A DNA stretch of 64,000 nt. Source: Scenedesmus sp. PABB004 (Eukaryota). Position numbers and translations under genes: made by a program. Positions 11,961-24,488 of this stretch are shown in pieces. The stretch covers positions 1 to 64,000 of the forward strand of contig JABVCE010000005.1 in assembly GCA_014905635.1 (NCBI GenBank). Direction: 5' to 3'. The notes below the pieces were generated by a model, which saw nothing but the letters and a program-made list of their open reading frames with translations, did not search any database and had not been told where the DNA came from. How positions within the stretch are numbered: the stretch's first letter is position 1; each line of letters opens with the position of its first letter.

Positions 11961-13012
11961 ATGGCGGAGGTCGAGGCGCCCGCGCGCGAGCCTGCGACAG
12001 TGGACAGCATCCCTGCACGCAGCAAGCTTCCCGACGGCTCCCACGTGCTGGCAGAGGCGCACGCATTCGTGGTGCGACTCGTCAGCCACCAGCGGCGAGC
12101 CGCCGCAGGGCCTGCCTGCGCCGCGGCGGCCTGGGCGGAGCGGGGACTCCCACAGGCAGCCGCCGCAGGCCTGGGATGCTCAAGACGCACAGGACGCGTG
12201 CCGCCGCAGGGGGCATGCGCCCGTCAGGCGCTGCAGTGGCTGCTGGCCGGCAGCCAGCCCGCCCTGGCACACCACCACCATCGCCCCGCCGCCCCGCGCG
12301 CGCGCCGCAGGTGCTCGAGCGCGGCGCCACGCGGCACTGCGGCAGCGCGGTGAACGAGCGCCTCGTCCAGCTGCTCCGCCTCCCCACCGGCGGCAGCGGC
12401 CGGGTGCCGCAGTTCCAGCTCGTCGTGCACCCGCGCGAGGCCGACGGCGCGGGCGGCGGCGAGGCGCTGCGCGTGCCGCTCGACGGCTCGTGCCGCATCA
12501 GCCCCGCGCTGCGCAAGCTGCGCGCTGAAAGCCATTTTGTCAAGAAGGACGGCGAGAGCCTGCTGCGCGCCATCAACACGCAGGACGGCGACGACATCAA
12601 GCTGGTGCGCCCCGGCGGCCGGGGGCGGCGGCGGCGCGCGCGCGCGCTGGTGGGGCTCCCTGCCGCAGCCGCGGCAGCGGCCGCAGCAGCGCGGTGCGGG
12701 GCCGCGCAGCCGCGGCCGCGCGGCCGGCCTGCAGCGGCCCACCGCCCTGCCTGGCGGCCGCAGTACGTGTTTGACGTCAACCACCCCTCGGGCGTTGTGT
12801 TCTTCGACTTCCTGCGCGTGAAGCAGAAGTGCGTGGGCCTGGGGTTCAGGAACGTGAAGGAGGCGCTCGGCTGGTACGTCTACGTCGCCGCCGTGTGCGG
12901 CCTCATGTCGCCGGGCGACCCCGACTTCAGCCGCGCGATCGGCGGCCAGGGCCTCGCCGACCACGCCGCCGCGCCGCGCGCGCTGATGCTGGACATGGAC
13001 GACCAGGCCTGA
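11961..13012 (+). CDS. Hypothetical protein, possibly PH/EVH1-like fold, 3 exons
   Basis: Clean GT-AG spliced path MAEVE...AHAFV|VLERG...DIKL|YVFDV...MDDQA*; ends in beta strands plus helix CVGLGFRNVKEALGW. Confidence 0.7.
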
Positions 13013-13274
13013 GCGAGCAGTGCTGCTGGGGGGGGGGGTGCTGCACTCGGCCGCGTCTTCAACGTGCGGCCGCGGGGGCGTCTGGTGGGGGCACCCTGAC
13101 CGGTCAAGCGTTCTCATTTCATGCCTGCTGTCGGCGCGTGCTGGCGTGGCCGGTCGCGCGCGGTCGCTGATGGCAGGGCCGCCGTGGCGAGAGAGGGTAA
13201 CCTTGGACTGCCGGTCACACACCAGCGGCGCACGCCACCTGCAGGCACCGGCCGCCACGCTGCCGCCGCCGCCC

Positions 13275-14571
13275 TCACGTGGGGTCGCCGTCCGCCGCCG
13301 CCGCCGGCCGCTGGCCGGGCTGGCCCAAGCTGCTGCTTGAGCTCGGTCTTGACAGGATCTTCTTGCGCGCGCTGCTGCCGCCGAGCGCGGCCATCTGCAG
13401 CACCGTGCGACCATCTGGTGCGCGTGTGCCGCCGCCGGGGGCGGGCGGCAGCGCCGCCGGCGGCGCGCCCGCGCTGCTGGCCGCCGCTGCGGCCGGCCGC
13501 TGCATCGTGCTGGTGGCGCGGAGGCGCGGCTTTGGCGGCAGCAGGTCGGGGTCATCGGTGGGGACGGGCTGCACGATGCCCGACACCTTGCGGCTGCCCC
13601 ACGTGTGCAGGCCTGCGGCAGCGAGGGCGTCAGCCCCGCCGAGGCTCGCGGGCCGGCAGCGGCCCAGCCCCCTCCCCCGTGCCCTGCAGCCCCACTCACT
13701 GAGTGGGATGTCCTGCAGCTCCCGGCGCACGCACAGCCACTCGCCCAGCAGCACCATGATGACAAACCCCAGGCCAGTGGCCGACCACCTGGCGCAGCGC
13801 ACGCAGCTCACGCGCGGCGCCGCGGGCCGCCCCGGCACGCCGGGCGGGCGCGCGCCTGCCCGCCGCCCCCCCCCCCACTTCCGGCCGCCACCGCCGCGCC
13901 GCGCACCAGGCTGCCGATGCGGGCCACTTGCCGGAGTAGCCCCACACAAACAGCGTGTGCCAGATATAGGCGGTGGCCGCAAAGTCGAGGCACTTCTTGG
14001 CGCGCTCGACCTGCGCCGCGGCGGCGCGTCAGTCGCTGACAGCGCGAGAGCAGGGCGGCGCTGGGAGGCTGGCAGGCTGCCGCACGGCCGCGGCCGGGCC
14101 CCGACAGGCCGGGCGGGCGGGCGGGCGCCGCTCACGATCCACGCGAGCACCGCCGCTGCCGCCACGGCGTTGAGGACGTGCGCCAGCCAGTTGAGCCAGC
14201 CGAGGCGCGTCGCAAAGTGGACGTGGCCCCAGTCAAAGAGGAAGTCTACCGTGATATAGCCCAGCGTGGGGCCTGCACGCGGTGGCGGCGGCGCGGGTGA
14301 GGGGCGCGCCGCTGCAGCCGCCGCAACCTGCGCCAGCCGTCGCCGCCACGGCGACGGCGACGGCGGCGCGGCGCGCACCCAGCATCACCGCCTGCAGCAG
14401 GCCCAGGCTGACGTAGAAGAGGCACTGCACCGCCACGATCTGGGCCGTGATGAGCACCGGGTCCCACACCTGCGGCGCGCCGGCCGGCGGTTGGGGCAGC
14501 AGCGGCGCCGACGCGGCGCGTGCGCGGCCTGGAGCCGCTGACGCCGCCCTCACGTTTGAGCCATAGAACAT
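13275..14571 (-). CDS. SYS1: Golgi integral membrane protein SYS1, 6 exons, low-complexity C-terminal tail
   Basis: MFYGSN|VWDPVLITAQIVAVQCLFY, VERAKKCLDFAAT, LGEWLCVRRELQDIPL. Confidence 0.95.
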
Positions 14572-14988
14572 GTTGTCGGCGCGCTCACGCGGGCGGCGCG
14601 CCACGCGCGGGCGCCAGCGGGCGCCGCCGCTGCTCGCGGCCCGCCAGCCCCGTTTGGGCGTCCAAACGGACGGTGCGACGCGCCGGCGCGGCAGGAGCTG
14701 ACTGTGAGTTGCTGCGCAACGACCGGGAGAACGCAAGGGAGAGCTGGCGCGGGGCGGTGGCAGCCACGGCGAGCGGCGAGGCGCAGCGTGGGCGGGGGGG
14801 CAGGTGGTCGGCCGTGGTCTGCCGTGCGTGGGTCAGGTGCACGCCAGGTTGCCGCTGGGTTCGCGCACACTGCGGTTCAACCGCGCCAGAACCACGCAGC
14901 GCCCCAGCACGGCGCTCGCGACCGCCGCCGCCGCCGCCGCCGCAGGCTAGCTAGGACTGCTCCGCGGCTGGCCATGCAGCCGTCCTAG

Positions 14989-15619
14989 CTAGCCTTTCTT
15001 GGCCGGCGCCGCGGGCTTGGGGAAGCGCGGCGGCGCTGGCGGCGGGGGGATGAGGCCCGCCCGGCTGAGCAGGAAGGTGACGCGGTCCGAGGGCGCGGCG
15101 CCGATCGCCAGCCAGTACCTGTGGCACGGCGGGTTGCGGGGCGGGCGGGTGGGCGGCGCGCCCGACGGCCGCGCGCGCGCGCCGCGGGCCGCTGCCGGCT
15201 CCGGCGCCGCCGCCGCCGCCTGCACCCCCCTCCCCCTCCCCGCGAAGCTCACTTGATTCGGTCAAACTTCAGCCCCATGTGCTTGTTGCCGTCGGCAGCT
15301 GCGGCGCGGCGCGGACCCGTCGGCGCGGCGCCCCCGCGGCAGCGCCCGCACCAGCTGCGATTGCGGCGCCGCCGCCGCTGCCGTGCGGCGCGCACCTGGC
15401 TGCGGGTCGTACCATCCCACCACCTCCAGGTGCTTGCCGTCGCGCGGCGCGCGCTGCTGCGCGACGACCAGCTTGTAGAAGGGAAGGTGCTGCACCGGCG
15501 GAGGTGGGTGTGGAGCCGGCGCAGCGGGGGAGCGGCGCCGCAGTGCGCACCCACAGGCGTGCCCGCGGGCGCGGCCTCACCTTGCGGCCGAAGCGCGCCA
15601 GCCGGATGCGCAGCAGCAT
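14989..15619 (-). CDS. RPS16: Organellar (probably mitochondrial) ribosomal protein S16, 4 exons
   Basis: [42 protein letters not shown]...[18 protein letters not shown]. Confidence 0.96.
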
Positions 15620-16168
15620 CGCGAATGGCGGCTTCTGGCTGGCGCTACGGGCTGCTGCGGCGCCACCGCCGGGCCGCGCGCTGGATGGCGCCGCCGCTGT
15701 CGGCGCCGCCGCCCCGGCGGCGTCGGGGTGCGCGCGCGCCGCCTCTGGTTCCACAGGCGGAGAGGCAGCTGCGGCTGGGAGGAAAGAGGCGCCCCGCGGC
15801 GCGCTGGGGCCGCCCGCTGCTGCCGCCGCCGCTGCCTGGCGCCGCTGCCGCTGCTTCCGGCGTGAAGGTGCGTCGCGGTCTTCGGCTGTGCGGGACTGGT
15901 GGGTCCGGGCGGTGCCTGAAGCCGCCGGTGACCTAGCGGTTCTGCGGCGCGTCCTCGCTGCTGCTCTACGCAACGCGCCGTCGCCCCGGGCGCCCCCAGA
16001 TCGCGCCCGGCCCCTCCGCCTTTCCACGATCGATCCGCCGGTCGACGCAGCGCTGGCGCACGCACCGTCCAGAAAGTCGCGCGCAGCGGCAGCCGCGGAG
16101 CAGCGGCGGCGGCCGGGCCGGCGGCGCGCGCCCACGCCGGCGGCGGCGCGGCGCCTGACAGCGTCAGC

Positions 16169-17850
16169 ATGAGCGCTGACGAAGCCCCCGCGGAGGCGGC
16201 GCCGCGGCCACCGGGCGAGCCGGTGGACGAGGACGAGGACGACAACGGCAGGCGCGCGACTGTGCTTCCCTGGCGCCTGGGGGCTGCCCGGGGGGCCGCT
16301 GCTGCAGCCGCGCGGCCGCCGCGGCCGCGCCGACGCTCGCAGCGGCGGCGCACGCGCAGGTCGTTTGAGGCGTTTGAGCGGCAGTACGCGGCCGACCACT
16401 CGTGGGAGTCGCTGCAGGAGGACGAGCGCGGCTTCCTGCGCCCCCTGGTGCGGCGCGCCAGGAGTGCCCCCCCCCACACACACACAGACACGATGCGCCC
16501 GCCGGCCTCGGGCGCGGCCGCCTCACCTCGCGCCGCGCCGCCGCCCGCGCCAGGACGCGACGGCGGAGCTGCGCGCGCGGCGGCAGCGCGCGATGAGCGC
16601 GGCGGCGTCTGCGCGCATCCGCAAGGGCATGATCCGCTACCTGCTGCTGGTGCGAGGGGACGAGGGGCGGGGGGGGGGGGGGCGCCCCGCCTGCCGCCGG
16701 CTGGCAGCGGCGCCCGCGGCGCCCGCCGCGCCCGCGGCGGCCGACGCGCCCCTGCTGCGCGCGCGCCGCGCCAGGTGATCGACCTGTCGCGTGCGGCGAG
16801 CGGGTCCGACATGCGGCCGTCGCGGCTGGCGGTCATGGTGGGCGCGGCGCGGCGCTTCATCCGGCGCTTCTTCGACCTCAACCCCCTCGGCCAGCTCGGC
16901 CTCGCGGTGCTGCGCAACGGCGTGGCCGAGAAGCTCACCGAGCTCAGCGGCAGCCCCGAGGCGCAGGTCGCGCGCCTCGCGGCGTACGGCGTCGACACGG
17001 GTGGGGCCCGGGGCTGGGGGCGGCGCGCCCCCGCGCCGCGCGTAGACCGCGCCGCGCGCAGACCGCGTTGCGCGCCCCCGCGTCGCGCGCCGCGCGCAGA
17101 CCGTGCCGCCGCCGCCGCCGCCGCCGCCGCTGCGGCGCGCCAGGCGGCGACGCGTCGCTGCAGAACGGCCTTGAGCTGGGGCGCGAGCTCATGTCTGGCG
17201 TGCCGCCGTACGGGCAGCGCGAGGTGGTGCTGCTCATGGCCGCGCTGGCGAGCGTGGACCCGGGGCGCGTGGAGGACAGCATCGCGGCCGCGGCGGCGGA
17301 CCACATACGGTGCGGCGGCCTCGCGCGCGGGGGCGTGCGGCAGCCCGCCCGCCACCTGCCCCGCACGCAACGCACGCGCGCCCGGGCGGCCGGCGCCCGC
17401 GCGCCCGCGCCCGCGCCCGCGCCGCTGCGCAGCGTGAGCGTGGTGGGCGTGTGCGCGGAGGTGCACATCCTGCGCCGCGCCGCGCAGCTCACGGGTGGCT
17501 CGTACGGCGTGGCGCTGAGCGAGGCGCACCTGGGGGAGCTCCTCCTCGCGCACGCGCCGCCGCCGCCCGCGCCGCCGGGCAGCCTGACCGCGGAGCTCGT
17601 GCGCATGGGCTTCCCCGCGCGCGGCCCGGGCGACCCCGCCAGCGCGGCGTTTGTCGGCGAGCTGCCCGTGCTCGCGGCGGGCGGCTTCACCTGCCCGCGC
17701 TGCAGGGCGCGCACGCAGGAGCTGCCCTGCAAGTGAGCGCGCACGGCGAGGGGGGGGGGGGGGGGGGAGGGGGGGAGGGCAGCGCGGCGCGCGCGGCGGC
17801 GCCGGCCCGGGGCAGCGCGCCGCGCCGCGCCCCTGCCGCCCAGCGCGCGC

Positions 17851-17884
<34 letters not shown>

Positions 17885-18400
17885 GTGTGTGGCGCCAGGT
17901 GCCACGTGTGCGGTCTGCCGCTCATCTCGTCGCCCCACCTCGCGCGGAGCTACCACCACCTCTTCCCGGTGCCGCCCTTTGAGGAGCTCGACGCCGCGGA
18001 GCGCGCGCAGCTCGCAGCCGCAGCCGCCGCCGCCAACGGCCACGCCGCCGACGGCGGCGGCACCACCAACGGCGACGCGGGCGGCGCGCCGCCGCCGCGG
18101 GGCAGCGCGCTGGCTCCCCCCTGGTTTGAGCCCGGCGGCGTTGAGGGGCAGGGCGGCGGCGGGCTGTTCTGCTTCGGGTGCCTGAAGCTGCTCGCCGGCC
18201 CCGACGGCGGGCCGCCCGCAGGCGCCGACGGCACCGCCGGCGCGCTGGTGCTGCGCTGCGGGCAGTGCGCTGCGCTGTTCTGCTACGACTGCGACGCGTA
18301 CGTGCACGAGACGCTGCACAACTGCCCGGGCTGCGAGTGTGCCGCCGGCGCCGCCGCGGCGCCGGACGCGCCCGCCGCTGCCAACGGTTTAGGGGGCTAG
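16169..18400 (+). CDS. GTF2H2: TFIIH subunit p44 (GTF2H2/Ssl1), 7 exons
   Basis: SWESLQEDE, IRKGMIRYL, DLSRAA.DMRPSR, FFDLNPLGQLG, CHVCGLPLISSPHLARSYHHLFP, FCYDCDAYVHETLHNCPGC; intron 1 is GC-AG. Confidence 0.97.
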
Positions 18401-18656
18401 CGGCGGCTGCGCATGGAACGGCCCGGGGAGCGTTGCCTGGCCGCGTCCGCTGCGGCAACGATCACAAACCTCGAACACATCAGCCAGACCACCAACGTCA
18501 GTCAGCGCCCTCGGCCCAGGCACGCCAGCTCATGCGTGCCGGCGCGGCGGCACCGCCGCAATCACAGCCCAATCACAGGATTGTACACAGCCCAAGCCGC
18601 CGCGCTCCACCGCCGGCGTGCACCCGCGGCACGCGCCGCGCCGCGACTGGCAGCGC

Positions 18657-19852
18657 TCAGAGTTGCGCCAGCTCCTGCCTCGCGCGCATGCCCGCACGGA
18701 GGTTGCGCAAGCTGCTGCCATTGAGGCTGCCGCGCTCGCTGCCGTCGCAGCCGTCGCCCGACGCGAGGCGGTGCACGGCGCCGCGCTCGCGCAGCGACGA
18801 GGCCATGCTGCGCACGCTGCCGCCGGCGAGCGACCCCGCCGGCACGCCGCGCAGGCTGTCCGTGCTGGGGCGGGCCTGCAGCTGCAGGCTGTTCTGCCGT
18901 GCCGGCGCGGCCGTGGCGGAGCGGCGCAGCGAGCGCACCGACGCGGAGCGCATGCTGCCCGTCTCTGCCGCCAGCGACGCGCTGCGCACGATGCCGCCGG
19001 CCTCCAGCCCGCCGCCGCCGAGCGCGTGCGCCGCGCCGCCGCCCGCGCCGCCGCCCGCCACCGACGCGGGGCGCACGCAGCCCGGCGGCGCGCTGGCGGT
19101 GGGCTGCAGCGGCGCGCCGCGCGGCGCGCGGGCGCCCGATGGCCGCGTGCTGCGCGAGGCGCGCGCGAAGCACATGACCACGAGCAGCGGCATCCAGACC
19201 ATGGAGTACAGGTACAGCACCCACGACAGCTGGCGGCCCCCGGGCGGCGCGGGCGCGGGGTGGGCTGGCCGCGCCGGCGCGGCGCGGCGCGCGCGACGCG
19301 CGGCAGGCGCGGCAGCGCGGCGCGGCAGCGCACCTGGTTGTCGACAGCCGTGTAGCTCGTGTTGGCCTGCGCGGCCAGGAAGGCCATGAAGCGCCCCCGC
19401 GCCCCCGCGTCGCCCTCCGCCTCAAAGAACGCGTCGAGCAGGTCCGCCACGCGCATCGCGTCCTGCGTCACGTTGCGGATGGCCTGCGGCGCGGGGCCGG
19501 TGTTGGCCGCAGCGTCCGCGCCGCTGCGCCGCCGCCCGGCGTGCCGCCGCGCCGCGCCGCACCTGGTGCAGCGGCGGCAGCGTGCTGTCGCGGGGCTCGC
19601 TGCTGCCCAGCAGCACCTGGCTCGCGGCGCTGGCCGCGAGCCCGGCGACGGCGGTGAGCCACTCCAGCACGCTGAAGCCGCACAGCCGCGCGACGCCTGC
19701 GTGCAGCCCGGGGTGCTTGTGATGGTCGTGGACAGTTGGCGCCCCCACCGCGCCGCACGGGCGCGCTCGGCCCCCGCCACAGCCCGTGACGCTCGGACGG
19801 GCCTCGCACCTGCCACCACGCCCACCAGCAGCAGGCGCCGGCCCGCACCCAT
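18657..19852 (-). CDS. Hypothetical membrane protein, 4 exons
   Basis: In-frame GT-AG path MGAGRRLLLVGVVA|GVARLCGF...LHQ|AIRNV...DNQ|LSWVLYLYSMVWMPLLVVMCF...ELAQL*. Confidence 0.7.
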
Positions 19853-20033
19853 GCCGGGGCGGGCGGGCGTGCGCTGCGCCCAGCGCGGGCCGGCGCAGCA
19901 GCCGCGGCGCTCTCCGCGGCGCTGCGGGCGAAGCGGTTGGCGGCGCGACGCGGTGCGGTGCGGCGGCTGGCGACGCGGCTGGGAGGGGCGGCGCAGGGTC
20001 GGGCGGCGTTCACGCGCTTGGCGAGCCGGGGGT

Positions 20034-20868
20034 TCAGTCGTCGGCCGCCGGCAGCCGGCCGTCGGTGTCGCTCTCGCTGCCGTCCTCGTCCGAGCCAGAC
20101 TCGGAGCCCGACTCCGCCTCCTCCGCCTCGGCCGCGGCGGCGCGCTTCTCGTGGATGGGCAGCTGCAGGCCCGTCATGAGCAGCGCCGCGCGGCCGCGCG
20201 CGGCCGCTGCGGTGTTGCGCATGTTGATGCTCACGTGCAGCGCGCCGAGGGACTCAAAGATCTCAAACTGCTCCTCAAAGTCAGGAAAGTTGATGATCTT
20301 GGCCAGCCTGCGCCGCGCGGGCGGGCGGAGGGGGCCCCGGGGGCGCGTCAGGCGCGCGGCTCGCGCGGCAGGCGCGGCGGCGCGGCCGCGGCGGCTTCAG
20401 GCCGCGGCGGCACGCGCCTGAAGTGCAGGTTGCCGCCCCGATCGAGGGAGCGCGCGGGGATGCCCGCAAACGCGCTCTGGCTGGGCAGCACGAGGTAGGC
20501 GAGCTTCTGCAGCAGGTCGAGCGCCTCGCCGCCAACCAGGCGCACCTTGACCGCTGCGCGCGGGGCGGGGCGGGTCGGGGCGCGAGGGCTCGCGCGCCGC
20601 GCGCCGGCCGCCGGCCGCCGGCGTGGGCGGGCCGCCGCGGGCGGAGAGGGCGGGGGAGGGGGGCAAGCCGCTGCCACGGCGGCGCGCACCCGTGACTGCG
20701 TTGCGGCTGCGGTAGTACTTGACGCCGCTCGTCACAAACGACGCGGGGCGGCCCGTGATGTACTCCAGCGCCAGCGCCGGCAGCAGCATCTCCCACTTCT
20801 CAGCCTGTGTGCGTGTGTTTGGGGGGGGGGGGGGGCGTGAGCGAGCCGCCGAGCGGCGCAGCGGCGGC

Positions 20869-20899
<31 letters not shown>

Positions 20900-21542
20900 G
20901 CGGCAGCGGCGGCGGCGGCGGCGGCGGCGGCGGGCGCGGGCGCGCACGTATCGGCGCCCGCCGACGTCCTTAGCGCTGATGCTAAGGTCCACGCTGTCGA
21001 CGCGCGGCAGCTGCTGCGCGTTGCGCACGTCCAGCTTGAGCAGCAGCGCCCGCGCGAGGTGGGCGTCGTAAAACGTGCCCAGCCGGCTGCGCTGGTACGA
21101 GCCAGCCAGCGCCGCCAGCGCCGCCTGCTGCTCGGCCGCCTGCTGCTCGGCCGCCGGCGCGGGCGGCGGGCCCCCGCCGCCAGCCGGCGGCTGCTGCTGC
21201 TTCGGCGGCCGCTGCTGCTTCGGCTGCGTGCCCAGCGTGTGCGCCGCCGGCGTGGCGCTGGTGGCGCCGCCACGGCGCACCTGTGACGCAGATCGCGGCA
21301 GTGGGCGCAGCCAGCTGAGCAGCGCGGCGGCGCGCCACCCCAGCAAGCGCGCCGCGCACCGAGCCGCTGGCACGCGCAAGCACTCGCGCGCGCCGCAGCC
21401 GCCGACGGCCCACCTGCCACCACGTCACCGCGGGCTGCGCGGCGGGCGCTAGCGCCAGCACCTGCCCACAGGCGCAGCCCGTGGCTGCCAGGCCTGCGCC
21501 TGGCAGGCGCCGGAGCAGCGCCAGCAGGCCGCCGCCCCGCAT
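20034..21542 (-). CDS. RPL5: Mitochondrial ribosomal protein L5 (uL5m), multi-exon; 5' exons uncertain
   Basis: LLLKLDVRNAQQLPRVDSVDL, ALEYITGRPA, VKVRLVGGEALDLLQKL, DRGGNLHFR|LAKIINFPDFE, ALLMTGLQLP; last intron is GC-AG. Confidence 0.88.
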
Positions 21543-22012
21543 CGCGCGCCGCTGCCGCTGCTGCCGCCGCCGGCGTGCTCCGGGCGCTCCGCTCCTGCGG
21601 CTTCGCGGTCAAAGGTAGGACCTCACGCTGCTTTCAATGCGCGGCGTTCGCACGCAACAGGCGTGTGTGCTGGGTGGGTGGCAGCGGCGATGGCTTCGGC
21701 CGGCGACCGGCGCGCGCCGCTTGTGTGTCGGCTCGTTCACGATCTCTCGGCCAGCGCTTCATGGAGCGAACGACCCACGCGCTGACCAGCACGCGGTTCG
21801 GGGAACCGGCCTGAAGCCACGGGCGCCGGCGCTTCTTGCACCGCCGCGGCGCGCCGGCACAGCCACACCGCCGCCCCGACGCCACGCCCCTCGCGCCCTC
21901 ACGCGTCACACTCTCGGCGCCGCCCGAGCAGTCCCCGCCGCCGCGCACACACGCGGGCGGCGCAGCGGCGGCAGGAACAGCAGCAGCCGCGGGCGCCGCA
22001 GGGGCCGCCGCG

Positions 22013-23036
22013 ATGGCCGACGCTGGCGCGCTGGTCCCGGTGCTGGGGCCGGGCGGCACGCTGGTCGCGATGGACCCAGAGAAAGCGGCGCAGCTGCGCG
22101 CGGAGCGCATCGAAGAGGCGCGCGCCGACCAGCGCTGCTGCCGCGGCAGGCGCAGCCGGCGCTGGGCCGCACCGTGTGCGGGGCCGGGCTGCGCCGCGTG
22201 CAGCGCACCGGGCCGGTTGGCAGCCGCCGCCGCCCGCGCCGCGGCATGCGCGCGCGCAGGCCAAGCAGCTGGAGGCCAAGCTCAAGGTCATCAGCGAGGC
22301 CGACACGCGCATCTTCAACGTCGCCGGCAGCAACCAGGGCGCGGGCAGCGGCGACTTCCACTACTACCGCCAGGCGAGGGGGGCCGCGCGCCGCGCACAC
22401 GCCGCGCGCGCGGCGTGCGGCGCACGCGGCGTACTGCCGCGAGGGGCGGTCGGCGACCGCGCGCTTGCCGCCGCCGCGCCGCCGCCGTGCCGCAGATCCG
22501 GCGAGCCGAGCAGGACCGCGTCAAGCGCATGGAGATGGCTCACAAGGACAAGGAGGAGCGCGACGAGTTTGAGGTGCGGGGCAGGCGGCGCCGGCTGCGG
22601 CGGCGGCGGCGGTGGGGCGCGGCGGCGCGCGCACCCGCCTTGAAGCCACGCCGCCCGTGCTCCCCTCCCACGGCGCACCGCGCGACGCCACCCACGCCGG
22701 CGCAGGCGAAGCGGCGAGCTGCGCAGCAGGAGCTGGACGCGAGGACGGCGAAGAAGCGCGCCAAGCGGCTCAAGAAAAAGGTGCCCGCCGCCGCGGCGGG
22801 CGCCGCGCGCTGCTCGCGGCGCGGGGCGCGACGCCGCCGGCCGGCCGTGCCGGCCCGCGCCTGACGCCCGGGTGGCTTGCGCGCCGCGGCCGCAGGCCAA
22901 GAAGAAGCAGAAGACTGCTGGCGGCGCTGGCGAGGGGGTGACGGCAGCGGCAGCGGCAGCGGCAGCGACAGTGCGGGCGAGGGCGCCGGCGAGGGCCGGC
23001 AGCAGCGCACGGCGGCGCCGCAGCAGCAGGACCTAG
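22013..23036 (+). CDS. PRKRIP1: PRKR-interacting protein 1 homolog (DUF1168, splicing factor), 5 exons
   Basis: NVAGSNQGAGSGDFHYYRQ|IRRAEQDR, RTAKKRAKRLKKK; two GC-AG introns; true stop may be 23039-23041 if one G is missing in a G-run of the last exon. Confidence 0.92.
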
Positions 23037-23409
23037 ACTGAGCGCCAGGGCTCCCCCAGGTCGCCGCTGCCAGGGGTGTTGGGGAGCGAGCGCCCGGTGC
23101 GCTGCAGACCCCTCGCGGGGCGCGATGCGCGCAGCGCCAGAGCCCACCGCCGGCGGTCGCAGCGCGCGGCGGCGCCCCCCCCCCCCCCCCCCCCCCCGGA
23201 CGCTGTCGGCCCCGCGTGCCGCGGCGGCCAGCAGGCTCCAGGCGTCACGTGGCGGGGGCGTTCGCGGCCAGCGGCGTGCGACGGCGCTTGGCACCTGGCG
23301 GCGGCGCTGCGCAGCGCGCATGCGCAGGCCGTGCTGCACCCGAGCTTGGGCGCACTTGTGCCTTCTGCTGGTGCACAGCGGCGGCCTTTTGCGGTTGCAC
23401 ACCTGAGCC

Positions 23410-23414
23410 TGTAA
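23410..23414 (+). promoter_or_regulatory. Putative TGTAA poly(A) signal of PRKRIP1
   Basis: TGTAA about 370 bp after the stop. Confidence 0.55.
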
Positions 23415-24488
23415 CGGAAAAACTCCAACGCGTGTGGTGCTCAACCCCCAACACACCTAGGGTTTAGGAGTGCTCATCGCCGCCGCCGTGCGCTGCGTGC
23501 TCGTCGCCGCCGAGCCGCGTGCCGCCGGGAGCGAGCCGCCGCTGCTGCTCCAGATCTGCAGCAGCCTCTCGAGGCATGGCGCCCGCGTGAGCAGCTGCGG
23601 CTGGCGCTGGCCGCGCTGACCGCCACCTGGCGGCGCGCGACCCTGCGCGGCAGCAGCAGCAGCCGCAGCGGCGGCGGCGGCGGCGGCGGCAGCAGCAGCA
23701 CCAGCAACAGCAGCACGCCCGCGGCGGCAGCAGCGGCGGCGGCTGTCGCGGCGCTGCGCGGCGAGGACCTCGGGCGGCCGGCGCTCGCGGCGCTGCTGGC
23801 TGCGCCGGTGGCGTCGCCACCGCCGATGTGGCGCCGCCGCCGGCGCCGCCGGCGCCGCCGCCGGTGGCGGCTGTAGCTGTTCATCGGCGGTGGCAGTTGC
23901 AGCGGTGGCGGGCGCTTCGGCCACCGCGGCGCCTGGGCGGCACGGGAGCAGCCGGACGGCACCCCGACGGCCCGCTGCGCTCGCCGCGCATTTTTCTGCG
24001 GGGCGTAGCGCGCGCAGGCGTGCCGGAGGCGCGGCGCGGCGAGACAGTTGGCTGACTGTAAAAAATAACCCAACGGAAATCACGGCCCCCGAAACGCACG
24101 CCGCGCGCCGCCGCCCGCGTCTTGCTCGCGCGCGCGCCCCACGGCCAGGAGAAGCGCGCGTGGGCCGCGCATCTGCACATTCACGCCGCGGAGCCCACGT
24201 CCCACACGCGCAGGTGGGCGAGCGCGGCGCGGGGGCGCCGGCGCGCGGGCGCGAGGCAGTGGGCGGACGCCGCTGCACCGGGCCCATGCTGCCGGGCAGT
24301 GGCGTGCGTCGGCGCCAGCCCGCGCGGCGCGAACGCGTGGGACGCCGGCCACTGTGCCCCCCGCGCGCCGCGGGGGCCCAGGACCGTGCCGCAGCCGTCC
24401 CGGCACGGCGTGGCAGCGCTGCGCACTGAATGCAGGCCCGTGCGCCCCGCCTGCCGCAGGCCTCGGGCGGGCTGGCCGGCGGCGAGAC

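Noticed and set aside
18386..18394. GGTTTAGGG telomere-like unit
   Set aside because: Single unit inside the last codons of GTF2H2; compatible with chance
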